The position numbers and the translations under genes are program-made. Shown here piece after piece: positions 1 through 8,341 of a stretch of DNA of 25,250 nucleotides (position 1 is the first letter of the stretch; the number at the start of each line of letters is the position of its first letter). Location: the IMG/VR virus record IMGVR_UViG_3300035670_001165, positions 1-25,250 of that record; one strand, 5' to 3'. The notes below the pieces were generated by a model that was given only the letters and a program-made list of their open reading frames with translations, ran no database searches and was not told where the DNA came from. Source of the stretch: a virus. Lineage: Duplodnaviria > Caudoviricetes.

Positions 1-3000
1 GCCAGGATGGCTGGGTCTTTGCTGGCGGACGGATTGACCGGCAACCACAGCTGGCCGTCGGGATTCTGGATCGCAAGCCCGTACATGGCCTGGCTGACCT
101 TGTTCTTCTCCCCGCGGACGATTGCCTTCTCGCGCTGCATGGCGATGTTGGCGAGGATGTCGACGACCTTCCGGTTGGCGGAGCCGGTCGCGCGCTTCGA
201 TGCGCTGCCGCGGACGTTGAATCCCTGCCCGATGCCGGACCCGGACGCAGGGTCGAAGTCCAGCTCTTCGCGCATGAGCGGCACGTACTTGCCGTACTTG
301 TTCTGCCAGGTGTTCATCAGGCTCTGCGATTCCAGGCCGGTGTCGACCAGGATCTGACGGGTGCCAGCGTTGATCGCGTCCACCCGCTTGGCGAGGCCCT
401 CGAGCATGGCACGACGTGCGGATGGCAGCGCGGCCAGGTACGCGCGGGCGTCTGCGGTGGGGATACCTGACCCAGCGTCTGGCAGGGCGGGATTGATCTT
501 GGCGATCTCCGCGTTGCGCTCTTCGGCGTGGCGGTTGTGCAGGTACTCGTCGAAGTCTTCGATGCTTACCTTGTTCCGGCCGAGGGCTTCGATGAGCGGC
601 TTCAGCTCGTTGTTGGCGAAGTCCAGGGTCTGCTCTGCGGTGCGACCGTGGAACAGCTTCTCCTGCAGGTAGGGGTCCCACTTGTCAGCGATCGCGCCAG
701 TTGCAGCGGTGATCTTTTCCACCACCCGCTTGGTGTCGACTAGCTTGTCCTGCAAGTAGTAGATGATCTCGTCCATCTTGGTGTCGGGCAGGCCGAGAGA
801 TCCGGCCGGCAGGGGATTACCGAAAATGTTCTGCGCGCGGCTGAACTGAACCTGCGGAGATATAGCAGAGCGAACCTGAGCCCGGTCAAAAATGCGGTAC
901 TCCAAAACGTCCATGGACTCGCCGTTGCCGATATGCACTGCGCCATCGTAGCCAGCCGCTTTCGCCTCGCTCACAAACATCGGGTCGTCGAGCAAACGGA
1001 ACGCGTCAAGGTACAATTCGCCGAGGCGGCCAGGCGCGTCGCGAATGACATCCTGCACGGTGTCGAACTGGCTTGAAAAATTCTCGAGCCAATTGTCAGT
1101 GGCTTCAATTATGTCTGCGAATTTGACCGCCACCTTTTCAGTTACGTCTCGGCCCAGCTTGGCTTCAATTTCGGACAGGTCTGCAAAAGGATCGCTCGGG
1201 TTGTCGATCACCGGGTTGGTGATCCGCAGATACGCCGGAATGTTGTGCGGCGCTACGGCGGTCATGCGGAAATCGTTGGGCTCTTCCGCGTATGTGCTGG
1301 CCACATCTGGGTCTTCGACGAACGTGATGCTCGGGAGCATGGTCTGCAGCTCGCCTTCGCCTCGGCCAAACTGCCCGCGGTAGACTGCCTTTGGGCTGCC
1401 GTCCGGATTGGTGACGATGCTGTCACCGAACCAGCGCTTGAACTCGGGGGTCTGCGCGCGGCTGAACGCCGGCACGACCTTGTCGGGAGAGAACACGGCG
1501 ATAGCCACATCGTTCTCGGTCTCGCGGAATCGAATGGCGTCGTAGCCGAGATCACGCACCTGCTGCATCAGGCCGACGTTGGGCTCGTCGAAGATTTCCC
1601 AGTCCATGTCCTGCGCCGGGTCGTAATCGGAGCGCTCGCCGTCAGTGGACTCGGTCCAGCCGCCGGACTCGTTGAACATCTGGATCGCTTGTTCGCGTTG
1701 CTGCGGGTTGTCGACGAAGTCGAACAGGTTGCGCACGTCGAGGAACACGCGCTGCACCTGGCCGCCGGTTCCAGTGGCGTACTGGTTTGCGTAGTCCGGC
1801 GTCTCGCTGAAAAAGATCGCGCCTGCGCGGCCAGGTTGCATGTCGGCTGAACGGGAACCGCGATACACCGGGTACTGGACCTGGCTATCCGCCGGGGCCT
1901 GTGCGCGGCTGAACGTGATGCGCGGATCTTCTGGGTTGAAAGAGCCTTGGTTATCTACCGACTTGATCTGCTCAGGAAACCACGCGACGACGTGCTTGCG
2001 GCCATTTGCAAAAGTCTGCACTACCCCGTCGTACCCCATGACTTCGTTCAGTGCTTTACGGAAAGCCGTGGCGTCACCGCGGAAAAAATCATTTTCCAGC
2101 GTGAGCAGGTTGACGTAGACCTCAGACACTTCAGCCAACTGTTGCTTGGTAAAAGGTTTACCGCGGTTGTCGATCCAGTTAGTTAGGGGGCTTTCTTCAG
2201 GATCGAAGATGTCAGGCGCCCGTTCCATGATACTGGCGGCTTGATCGCGCGTAACCTTTACGTGCGAAAGATTGGGGCGCCCGTTCATCTGGATGGGGTT
2301 CTTGACGCTCAAGTACACCTGCAGCGTACCTGGGCTGCCGGCCCCTCCGGTCTTCGGCGTTCTGGCTTGCGCCGGCTGTTCGTATCCGCGAGCCTCTTCC
2401 GGATCATTGGTGAAATAAAAGCCGGATCCAAGCTGGTCGTTACCTTTGCCAGTAATAGCCGGGTCAAACCCAACGTCAAAAATGCTGTCGGTGTTGCCGG
2501 TGCCGTGGTACATGACCAGAGGGTTGCCGTCGGCGTCGACGATTACGCTGTCGCCGAACCAGCGCTTGAACGCGGCGGTGTTTATCGGTTGCGCGCGGCT
2601 GAACCGGATATTGACCGGCTTGGCCTCCTGGTTCTTTATCGCGCCTTGGTCGGCGATGGTCAGCGTGTCGCCGTCGCGGGCGGAATTGTAGTCGACGAAG
2701 AACCCGCGGTGGCGCTTGGCAGCCGTTTCCGGTTTGCCGGTGCGATTTTTGTTAGTAAGACCGATGATCATGCCGCGGTTCAGTTCGTTGCCGGGCTCAC
2801 CGGGTTTCGGATCCAAGAAACGAGCGTCGTAGTTGTCGCCGTTCCACACCTGGAAGCGCTCCCCCGTTGCCGCGTCAATGATGTATTTCGGCATCTCGGT
2901 GCGGCTCGTGAACGCCATCGCTACGTTGTCGCCTTTGAGCATACGCTGAACCATGCGATCCCAGTTCGTGCCCGGGTTGACGATCACTTCGCCGTTTACA

Positions 3001-6000
3001 ATCTGGCTTGCCCCAGTAGAGCTGTATGTCAGGTGGTGGTTCGGGGCTACCGTGTCCGTGCTCAACTTGGTGTAGTCGTAGAACATGACGTCGGGGAACG
3101 CCTTGATCAAAGGCTCCCAGATCTTGCCGGCAAAGTCGCTTGTGACGTTCAGGCGGATAGCCGGTTTCATGTCTTCCTTGAGCATCGCGCGACGGAAGCT
3201 ATCAATTTCGGTGAAGAGTCGCACCGCAAATTCTTCCGGGCTCGCCACCATGGCTTCAGTTTTCAGGTACTGGGACAGCCTGGGGCCGGAACGGAATTGG
3301 CCTACGCCTCCGTACAGCCAGTTCTGACCACTGGTTTCGCCGAGGCAAAGGTCAAGGCACATCGCGCTCTGCGGGCACGATGTGAGCTTCTGCTTGTCGT
3401 TGATCTTCTGCGCGCTGGCCAAGCCGAGGCCAAGCGACGCCACGCTCTGGCCGTCGTAGGTAAGGCCGTAATCACCAACGCGAGTCTTTTCCAGTTTGCC
3501 GTTCTCGCCAAGCAGCGTGCCGATGTTGTGGTTTTCACGAAGCACCGTGCGCGCTTCGGACGCCATGCGCCGGCGCTCACCGGGGCTTGCTGCCCGCATT
3601 TTGGTTACCGCATCGCCTATGCTCTTCTGAATGTCGGCGAGCGTGCGATCCGGGTGAAGACCTTTGTCGCGCGGCGCGTTCAAGGTGAAGAGCTTGGTCA
3701 TCTTCGTCTTGAAGGTCTTGCCTTCAGCGATCGGCACGAAAAAATCCTTGCGGCCGTCAGCGTACTCTTGCAGCACATGGACTTGAGCGGGGTCGACCTG
3801 CACCAAGACATTTGCGCCCCCAAGGGGCTGCTTCAGAGCACCTGGCTGGGCCGCTACTTTGGGCGCGCTAGACTCGTTGGTGAGGTAGATGCGCGTGCTG
3901 CGCTCCGTAGCGCCGCGCACAACCTTGTCACGGCGTACCTGCTTGGCGACGTCGTTGGTGGTAGGGAAATACAGCGTCACGGTCCCGTTTTTGTTCATCG
4001 GGATTCCAAGCACCGGGTGGTTCCCGTAAGCGCCTTCCTGCTTGATCGAGAATTGCGGGTTGAGATCCAGCTCAAGCTGGCCCTGCGATACATAGGGAAG
4101 AATGCCGTACTTTTCCTGGAACTCTTTCGCCTTAACCACGTCTTCGGAGCTGGCGGCTAGATCATCAGGACGCACGTTCTCCTGCCGCAGCTGCGCCGTT
4201 TCCGCCCCAGCTGCCGTAACCGACGGCCCTGCCATTGCGGCGGCAGGGGCTGCCGGCTGGGTAGCCTTCCGGAAATTGATGAGCGCCGTTTGCGCGGTCA
4301 GCTTGGCGCGGTTCAGGTCGCGGATGTAGCTGTCGACCTTCTTGGACTCGGTCTCTTTTGCCACACCTCGCAGCTTTGCCAGTAAGCTGTCGATAGCCGC
4401 CAGCCAGCGCTTGACGAAAGCCTCGAACCCTTGCGGGTCCGCCTTTGCCAGGCTCTCCATGAATTCACGGTCGGTGGCACGGTTGCCCATGAAGTCCGAC
4501 ACCATCTCGCTGCGCAGTTCTTCGCTTTGCAGGAGCTCTTGCAGGCGGGCCTCGCGGGCGGTGGGGTCAGCGATGCCGTCGAGCTCGTCCTTGTACAGGA
4601 AGTTGCCAGCGTAAGCGCGCTTGCCCTCGTCGGTCATGTCGTCGAAGATTTCGTAGATCTGGTCCACGTAGTCCTGAGCCGGCGTGCCAGTCTTGCCCTG
4701 CGCGCGCTCTGCCGCGGCCAGCTTCTCGAGGTGATGCGTAACTTCATGCAGCGCGGTGGGCGCCACGCCAGCCTGCGTACGGCCGACGTTGACCAGCGAG
4801 TAGCCGCCCAGGTTGACTCCGTTGATGGCGTTCTCGGACGTGTCCGAGAAAGCGACCACTTTTGCGCCGGTCAGTTCTCCGAGGAGGTCAGCGATAGCGG
4901 TGAAGCTGGCTTCGTCTGCGGGGTCTGGATCCCCAAACACGACGGGGCTGGCTTCGCCTCGGTTGCTTGCCCAGTCGTCGATAAGGGTTTGAGCAGCTGC
5001 TCGCGCCTGTCGGCCGGCAGGCTGTCCAGCCAACGGCTGACTGCCCAAGTCGGGCATGGCCGCGGTGACGGTGAGGATTCGGTCATTGTTGATGCCCTCC
5101 TGCATGGGCGCCATTGTCGGAGCAAAAGTGCCGCCTGCCGGCGCCTGGCCCACGTCCGCGCGGGCGCGGAGCTCAACTTCAATCCCACGCCGGGTGACGG
5201 CAGGGGTGTCGTTGTTGTCGAGCAGGGCTGTCAGCTGGTCGTCGGTGTACGTCGTTGTCGGGCGACCCAAGATGCGAGTGGGCCTGGGAACCGGGGTGCG
5301 GAGGCTGGGCGCCGCAGCGCCGGCCGCTGCCGGCTGGCGGGTCTGGATCGGGCCGACCGTCCGGCCGTAGATCTCAGCTGCGCGGGTGAGCGCGGCGGTC
5401 TGCACCGGGCCGGGGGCGTTCGCGCGGGCCATGCTCAACTGCGCGTTGAAGTCGGCCCGGCTTTCCTCGTCCATGGCCCTCGTGTCTGCCGCCAGGAGCG
5501 CGTTCAGGTCAGGGGCTGCCGTCGGCTCAGGTCTCGCCGCAGGACGCTCCTGCGCGGCGCTGATGGCTTCTGCCGGGGTGGCGCGCGGGGTGGGCTGCTG
5601 GATCGGGCCAACCGTCCGACCGTAGGTCTCCGCCGCGCGAGCCAGCGCCTGTGCGCGCTGCTCAGGAAGATTGGCGGTACGGGCGGCGGTCAGGTCAGCC
5701 AGGAATTCTTGCCGCTCGGGGGCGGGCATGGCGGAGATGTCCGCAGACATCAGCGCTTCAGCGGTCAGCTCAGACGGGCGCTCAATAGGAGGCAGCTCCG
5801 CCGACACGGTGCCGCTCATTGCCTGCTGCAGCAAGCCGCGGCCCTGTGCCAGGTTGGCGCCGTAACCGACCGGCTCGGGAGTGGCCACCGGAGCGGGCGG
5901 TACCGCCGGAGCGGGCGGTACCGCCGGAGCGGGGGTGAGCCCGGCTTCACGCTCCAAGAGCTCCAGATCTGCGCTCAAACCGGAGGCCATGCTTGCGGCA

Positions 6001-7166
6001 GCTTCTACCGCCTCGCTGGCGTTGGTAGCCGCCTGCAGCCGTTCGCCGGCGGGGATCGCGGATTCTACGGGGCGAGCTTCGCCCGGCTGAACGGTGCGAA
6101 GGCCGCTTGTGACTTGTTCTGCGCCGGCAAAGTACGTGGCGCCGGGCGGTTCTTCTTTCGAAGACAAGCCGCCAGCCAGAAGGCCGAAGCCGCCACCAGT
6201 TGCGGCCCCCAAGCCAGCGGCCTGGCCAACGCCAGTAGAAAGCGCGGCAGTCGGGTCGATCTGCGCTTGAGCAATGTTGGCGGTAAGCTGCGTAGCGCCC
6301 TCTTCCAGGCCTTCCGACGCGGTTTCACCCGCCAAACCGGTCAGGGCGCGGCGGCCGCGCGAGCCGGTGAGCGCTTGCCCGCCAAGCGCTTTTTCAATTG
6401 TTTTGGCGCCAGGTAGGGCGTTCAACCCAAGGGTGACAATGCCGCCAGCGATGGCGCTGTTCTGCGCCAAGCGGGTGGAGATTTCACGCTTTACTTCCGG
6501 CAGCAAATCAAGATTGCCGCCAATCCGGTCTTGCACTTCCGGGTTTGCCAGCCACACATCGTCAGGCAAGTTGATCAACTGCTCATAGGCCGACTGGCCA
6601 AAATCCGCGGACGAAAGCGCGGTGCCGCCGCCAACGCCGCCAGCTACGGCCGCGCTGGTAGCCGCTTTTTCGGACAGCTCTTTTCCAACGACTCGAGCCG
6701 CCCCACCGGCGGCTAACCTGGTACCGGTGCCAGCGCCGCCGCCCACTGCGATATTTGGTATCTGCTTGGCCAGCTCCCCTACGAACAACATGGGATTGCT
6801 GACAGTTTCCCAAAGCGCTACGCCGGCCTTGCCAAGTTCTGTTTCTGCGGCGTCTATTTTTGCTTGGCGGGCTTGTTCAGCGGCAACGTATTCCGCCGAT
6901 CGGCGCTCTTCCCAGAATTTAGACGTGTCCGCGCCAAGCCGGGTAAGCGTGTTATCCATGTCGCCGGATGCAAGTCCGTACGCAGACCCTAGCAGGTTGA
7001 CTACTTGGCCGGCGCCGACGCCAAAGTTTGCAGCGAAGTCAGTAATTGATTCGCCAAAAGTTCGGCTTTTAGGCTCTTCAAGATCTGGGCTTTTAGAGCG
7101 GGCGCCGACCATCGGGTCAGACTCCCAAGGGGCGTTGTATATCGGGTCAGAATCCCACTTTGCCAC
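1..7166 (-). CDS. Giant polyvalent internal/ejection protein, 3'-truncated by the window (>=2388 aa): zincin peptidase + ART-like + GP88-like + 3x ART-PolyVal-like + helical region of the type preceding LPD38
   Basis: GTG at 7166-7164, GAGG just upstream, 9 nt after the stop of 7176..7928. Hand translation (MAKWDSDPIYNAPWESDPMVGARSK...) shows no stop down to base 3. Plus-strand ORFs at 528, 1245, 1947, 2241 and 4431 share its codon register, as expected for antisense shadows. Motifs: HEVTH, CPQSAMCLDLC, FYDYTK, YHGT/YRGS/YRGQ...GYD[GA], YLHNRHAEERN...GSG...YVPL. Confidence 0.93.
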   Translation of the reverse strand, partial: MAKWDSDPIYNAPWESDPMVGARSKSPDLEEPKSRTFGESITDFAANFGVGAGQVVNLLGSAYGLASGDMDNTLTRLGADTSKFWEERRSAEYVAAEQARQAKIDAAETELGKAGVALWETVSNPMLFVGELAKQIPNIAVGGGAGTGTRLAAGGAARVVGKELSEKAATSAAVAGGVGGGTALSSADFGQSAYEQLINLPDDVWLANPEVQDRIGGNLDLLPEVKREISTRLAQNSAIAGGIVTLGLNALPGAKTIEKALGGQALTGSRGRRALTGLAGETASEGLEEGATQLTANIAQAQIDPTAALSTGVGQAAGLGAATGGGFGLLAGGLSSKEEPPGATYFAGAEQVTSGLRTVQPGEARPVESAIPAGERLQAATNASEAVEAAASMASGLSADLELLEREAGLTPAPAVPPAPAVPPAPVATPEPVGYGANLAQGRGLLQQAMSGTVSAELPPIERPSELTAEALMSADISAMPAPERQEFLADLTAARTANLPEQRAQALARAAETYGRTVGPIQQPTPRATPAEAISAAQERPAARPEPTAAPDLNALLAADTRAMDEESRADFNAQLSMARANAPGPVQTAALTRAAEIYGRTVGPIQTRQPAAAGAAAPSLRTPVPRPTRILGRPTTTYTDDQLTALLDNNDTPAVTRRGIEVELRARADVGQAPAGGTFAPTMAPMQEGINNDRILTVTAAMPDLGSQPLAGQPAGRQARAAAQTLIDDWASNRGEASPVVFGDPDPADEASFTAIADLLGELTGAKVVAFSDTSENAINGVNLGGYSLVNVGRTQAGVAPTALHEVTHHLEKLAAAERAQGKTGTPAQDYVDQIYEIFDDMTDEGKRAYAGNFLYKDELDGIADPTAREARLQELLQSEELRSEMVSDFMGNRATDREFMESLAKADPQGFEAFVKRWLAAIDSLLAKLRGVAKETESKKVDSYIRDLNRAKLTAQTALINFRKATQPAAPAAAMAGPSVTAAGAETAQLRQENVRPDDLAASSEDVVKAKEFQEKYGILPYVSQGQLELDLNPQFSIKQEGAYGNHPVLGIPMNKNGTVTLYFPTTNDVAKQVRRDKVVRGATERSTRIYLTNESSAPKVAAQPGALKQPLGGANVLVQVDPAQVHVLQEYADGRKDFFVPIAEGKTFKTKMTKLFTLNAPRDKGLHPDRTLADIQKSIGDAVTKMRAASPGERRRMASEARTVLRENHNIGTLLGENGKLEKTRVGDYGLTYDGQSVASLGLGLASAQKINDKQKLTSCPQSAMCLDLCLGETSGQNWLYGGVGQFRSGPRLSQYLKTEAMVASPEEFAVRLFTEIDSFRRAMLKEDMKPAIRLNVTSDFAGKIWEPLIKAFPDVMFYDYTKLSTDTVAPNHHLTYSSTGASQIVNGEVIVNPGTNWDRMVQRMLKGDNVAMAFTSRTEMPKYIIDAATGERFQVWNGDNYDARFLDPKPGEPGNELNRGMIIGLTNKNRTGKPETAAKRHRGFFVDYNSARDGDTLTIADQGAIKNQEAKPVNIRFSRAQPINTAAFKRWFGDSVIVDADGNPLVMYHGTGNTDSIFDVGFDPAITGKGNDQLGSGFYFTNDPEEARGYEQPAQARTPKTGGAGSPGTLQVYLSVKNPIQMNGRPNLSHVKVTRDQAASIMERAPDIFDPEESPLTNWIDNRGKPFTKQQLAEVSEVYVNLLTLENDFFRGDATAFRKALNEVMGYDGVVQTFANGRKHVVAWFPEQIKSVDNQGSFNPEDPRITFSRAQAPADSQVQYPVYRGSRSADMQPGRAGAIFFSETPDYANQYATGTGGQVQRVFLDVRNLFDFVDNPQQREQAIQMFNESGGWTESTDGERSDYDPAQDMDWEIFDEPNVGLMQQVRDLGYDAIRFRETENDVAIAVFSPDKVVPAFSRAQTPEFKRWFGDSIVTNPDGSPKAVYRGQFGRGEGELQTMLPSITFVEDPDVASTYAEEPNDFRMTAVAPHNIPAYLRITNPVIDNPSDPFADLSEIEAKLGRDVTEKVAVKFADIIEATDNWLENFSSQFDTVQDVIRDAPGRLGELYLDAFRLLDDPMFVSEAKAAGYDGAVHIGNGESMDVLEYRIFDRAQVRSAISPQVQFSRAQNIFGNPLPAGSLGLPDTKMDEIIYYLQDKLVDTKRVVEKITAATGAIADKWDPYLQEKLFHGRTAEQTLDFANNELKPLIEALGRNKVSIEDFDEYLHNRHAEERNAEIAKINPALPDAGSGIPTADARAYLAALPSARRAMLEGLAKRVDAINAGTRQILVDTGLESQSLMNTWQNKYGKYVPLMREELDFDPASGSGIGQGFNVRGSASKRATGSANRKVVDILANIAMQREKAIVRGEKNKVSQAMYGLAIQNPDGQLWLPVNPSASKDPAIL
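846..1451 (-). other. ART-PolyVal-like ADP-ribosyltransferase module 3
   Basis: TPEFKRWFGDS...DGSPKAVYRGQ...SITFVEDPDVASTYA...AYLRITNP...AGYDGAVH...EYRIFDRAQVRSA. Confidence 0.8.
1467..1898 (-). other. ART-PolyVal-like ADP-ribosyltransferase module 2
   Basis: PVYRGS...AIFFSETPDYANQYA...VFLDVRNLFD...LGYDAIRFRE...AVFSPDKV. Confidence 0.8.
1914..2588 (-). other. ART-PolyVal-like ADP-ribosyltransferase module 1
   Basis: FKRWFGDS...DGNPLVMYHGT...LGSGFYFT...A.GY...VYLSVKNP...GYDGV...VAWFPEQIKSVDNQGSFNPEDPRI. Confidence 0.85.
2690..3520 (-). other. GP88-like domain (Cx5Cx3C) within the giant ORF
   Basis: CPQSAMCLDLCLG (Cys codons at 3375, 3357, 3345), RLNVTSD, FPDVMFYDYTK, NHHLTYS, GDNVAMAF, GDNYDARFLDP, IIGL: the ordered motif set I recall for phage GP88-family proteins. 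Confidence 0.75.
3729..3990 (-). other. Degenerate ADP-ribosyltransferase-like module within the giant ORF
   Basis: GTVTLYFPT...RIYLTN...VLVQVDP...EYADGRKDF follows the ART order (xLYHxT strand, YxT strand, later acidic strand) but has F where H is expected. Confidence 0.45.
4440..4870 (-). other. Zincin-like metallopeptidase (MPTase-type) domain within the giant ORF
   Basis: NGVNLGGYSLVN...TALHEVTHHLE (HExxH at 4734-4748, about aa 807) followed by EMVSDFMG as candidate third-ligand helix. Boundaries approximate. Confidence 0.75.
5888..5933 (-). repeat. 18-bp tandem repeat, about 2.5 copies, encoding a (PAPAVP)n linker
   Basis: ccggagcgggcggtaccg at 5888 and 5906, partial copy at 5924. Confidence 0.95.
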
Positions 7167-7175
7167 GCGTCGGCC

Positions 7176-7928
7176 TCACTGTTTGGTTCGGATGTTACCC
7201 TGCGGATCGCGGTATCGCGTGCCAGAAGGCAGTTTGTCGTAGTCCGCTTCAGAATTTATTGTTGGGACCCCGCCGGGCGTAGCCCCAGGCAGTCGGACGT
7301 CGGCCACGCCCTGCAAAACAGAATCCGCCATGGCCGAATACCGCTCGGCGTCAGCCGAAGCCTGAGCCCGTTCTTCTTCGGTAAACGCGTTATCTGCTCT
7401 TTGCCTAGCCGCGTCCGCCATTCTCGCATAACTGCCCCCAAGAGACACCACGTCGCTATAGCTTCGCGTCGTAGACGCGGGCGCCCCGGTTAGCGCGGCC
7501 AGCCTTTGCGTCAATACTTCTTTCTGTTCGGGCGTTTCGGCGGCGGCAAGCTGGCGGCGAAGCTCGCGCTCTTCGTTTTCCCAAGCTAAATCACTTTCTG
7601 ATTCTATTCGGCGAGCGCGTGCTTCCGGGGTTTCTTCGGACTCCATCTGGCGCTGAATCAGCCCGCCGTATTCGCTGCCTTCGCCGTAACGCCTCCGGAG
7701 GATATCTTCATCGGCAGTGGCCTGCGCTTCCGCGGTGCGGCCAATGTTGCCGATTGCGCGGTCTTCAGCGGCGATGGTCATCCGCTCCTGCGCTTCAGCC
7801 AAACGCAGGCGCATCTCCTCTTCTGCCTGGAGCAGCGCCTTCCTGGAGTTGGTTTCGATCTGCGCGGCGGAAACTGCGCCGACACCTTTCGACAGGCCGC
7901 CAAGCGCGGCAGCGATCAAGCCTCTCAT
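7176..7928 (-). CDS. Putative internal virion/ejection protein (250 aa)
   Basis: Gly/Ala N-terminus, coiled-coil body, C-terminal YDKLPSGTRYRDPQGNIRTK motif; ATGA overlap with the upstream gene; lies in the ejection cluster. Confidence 0.75.
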   Translation of the reverse strand: MRGLIAAALGGLSKGVGAVSAAQIETNSRKALLQAEEEMRLRLAEAQERMTIAAEDRAIGNIGRTAEAQATADEDILRRRYGEGSEYGGLIQRQMESEETPEARARRIESESDLAWENEERELRRQLAAAETPEQKEVLTQRLAALTGAPASTTRSYSDVVSLGGSYARMADAARQRADNAFTEEERAQASADAERYSAMADSVLQGVADVRLPGATPGGVPTINSEADYDKLPSGTRYRDPQGNIRTKQ

Positions 7929-8341
7929 GCGGGCATCTCCTGAGCCATGGCCGCGTCAAACTCAGACCGGTCAACCCCGAAACCTTCAAACATGGAATCG
8001 ATCATGATCTCCATCGCCTGCCCGATTTCCTCGTCGGTGACGGTCGCCATCTTGGACTGATTCACGAAGTCGGCGGCTTTCAACAGAAGCAGCATCGCCG
8101 CCGGGATCAGCACTTCCTGGGGCATGCTCCCGTTCGACTCGTTGAACAGGAACACCATTACCTTGGCGATACCCTGGCCCAGCTTTTCAGCGTTGCCGCC
8201 GGGCGCCTGCAGCTGGTCCAACATGAACTGGTGCGTCTCTTTCGAGAACAGCACTTTCATGCCAGCGGCGACCACTCGTTCGTAAGCGTCTTGGAGTTCG
8301 GGCGGGAGCTGGATCTTATCTTCGACGTCTTTGATGTTCAT
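7925..8341 (-). CDS. Hypothetical acidic helical protein (138 aa)
   Basis: 4-nt ATGA overlaps with both neighbours; protein-like composition. Confidence 0.8.
   Translation of the reverse strand: MNIKDVEDKIQLPPELQDAYERVVAAGMKVLFSKETHQFMLDQLQAPGGNAEKLGQGIAKVMVFLFNESNGSMPQEVLIPAAMLLLLKAADFVNQSKMATVTDEEIGQAMEIMIDSMFEGFGVDRSEFDAAMAQEMPA

Larger units (their letters stand above)
831..2603 (-). repeat. Four dispersed in-frame 15-bp repeats TTCAGCCGCGC[GA]CA[GA] encoding FSRAQ
   Basis: Copies at 831-845, 1452-1466, 1899-1913 and 2589-2603, each at a domain junction. Confidence 0.95.

Noticed and set aside
831-2603. FSRAQ DNA repeats as a CRISPR array
   Set aside because: Repeats are only 15 bp, spaced 447-690 bp apart, in frame inside a coding sequence; no cas genes.
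2241-6416. Long plus-strand ORFs 2241..4160 (639 aa) and 4431..6416 (661 aa), plus 528, 1245 and 1947
   Set aside because: Exact antisense register of the giant minus-strand gene; composition typical of shadow ORFs in high-GC DNA and no recognisable motifs.
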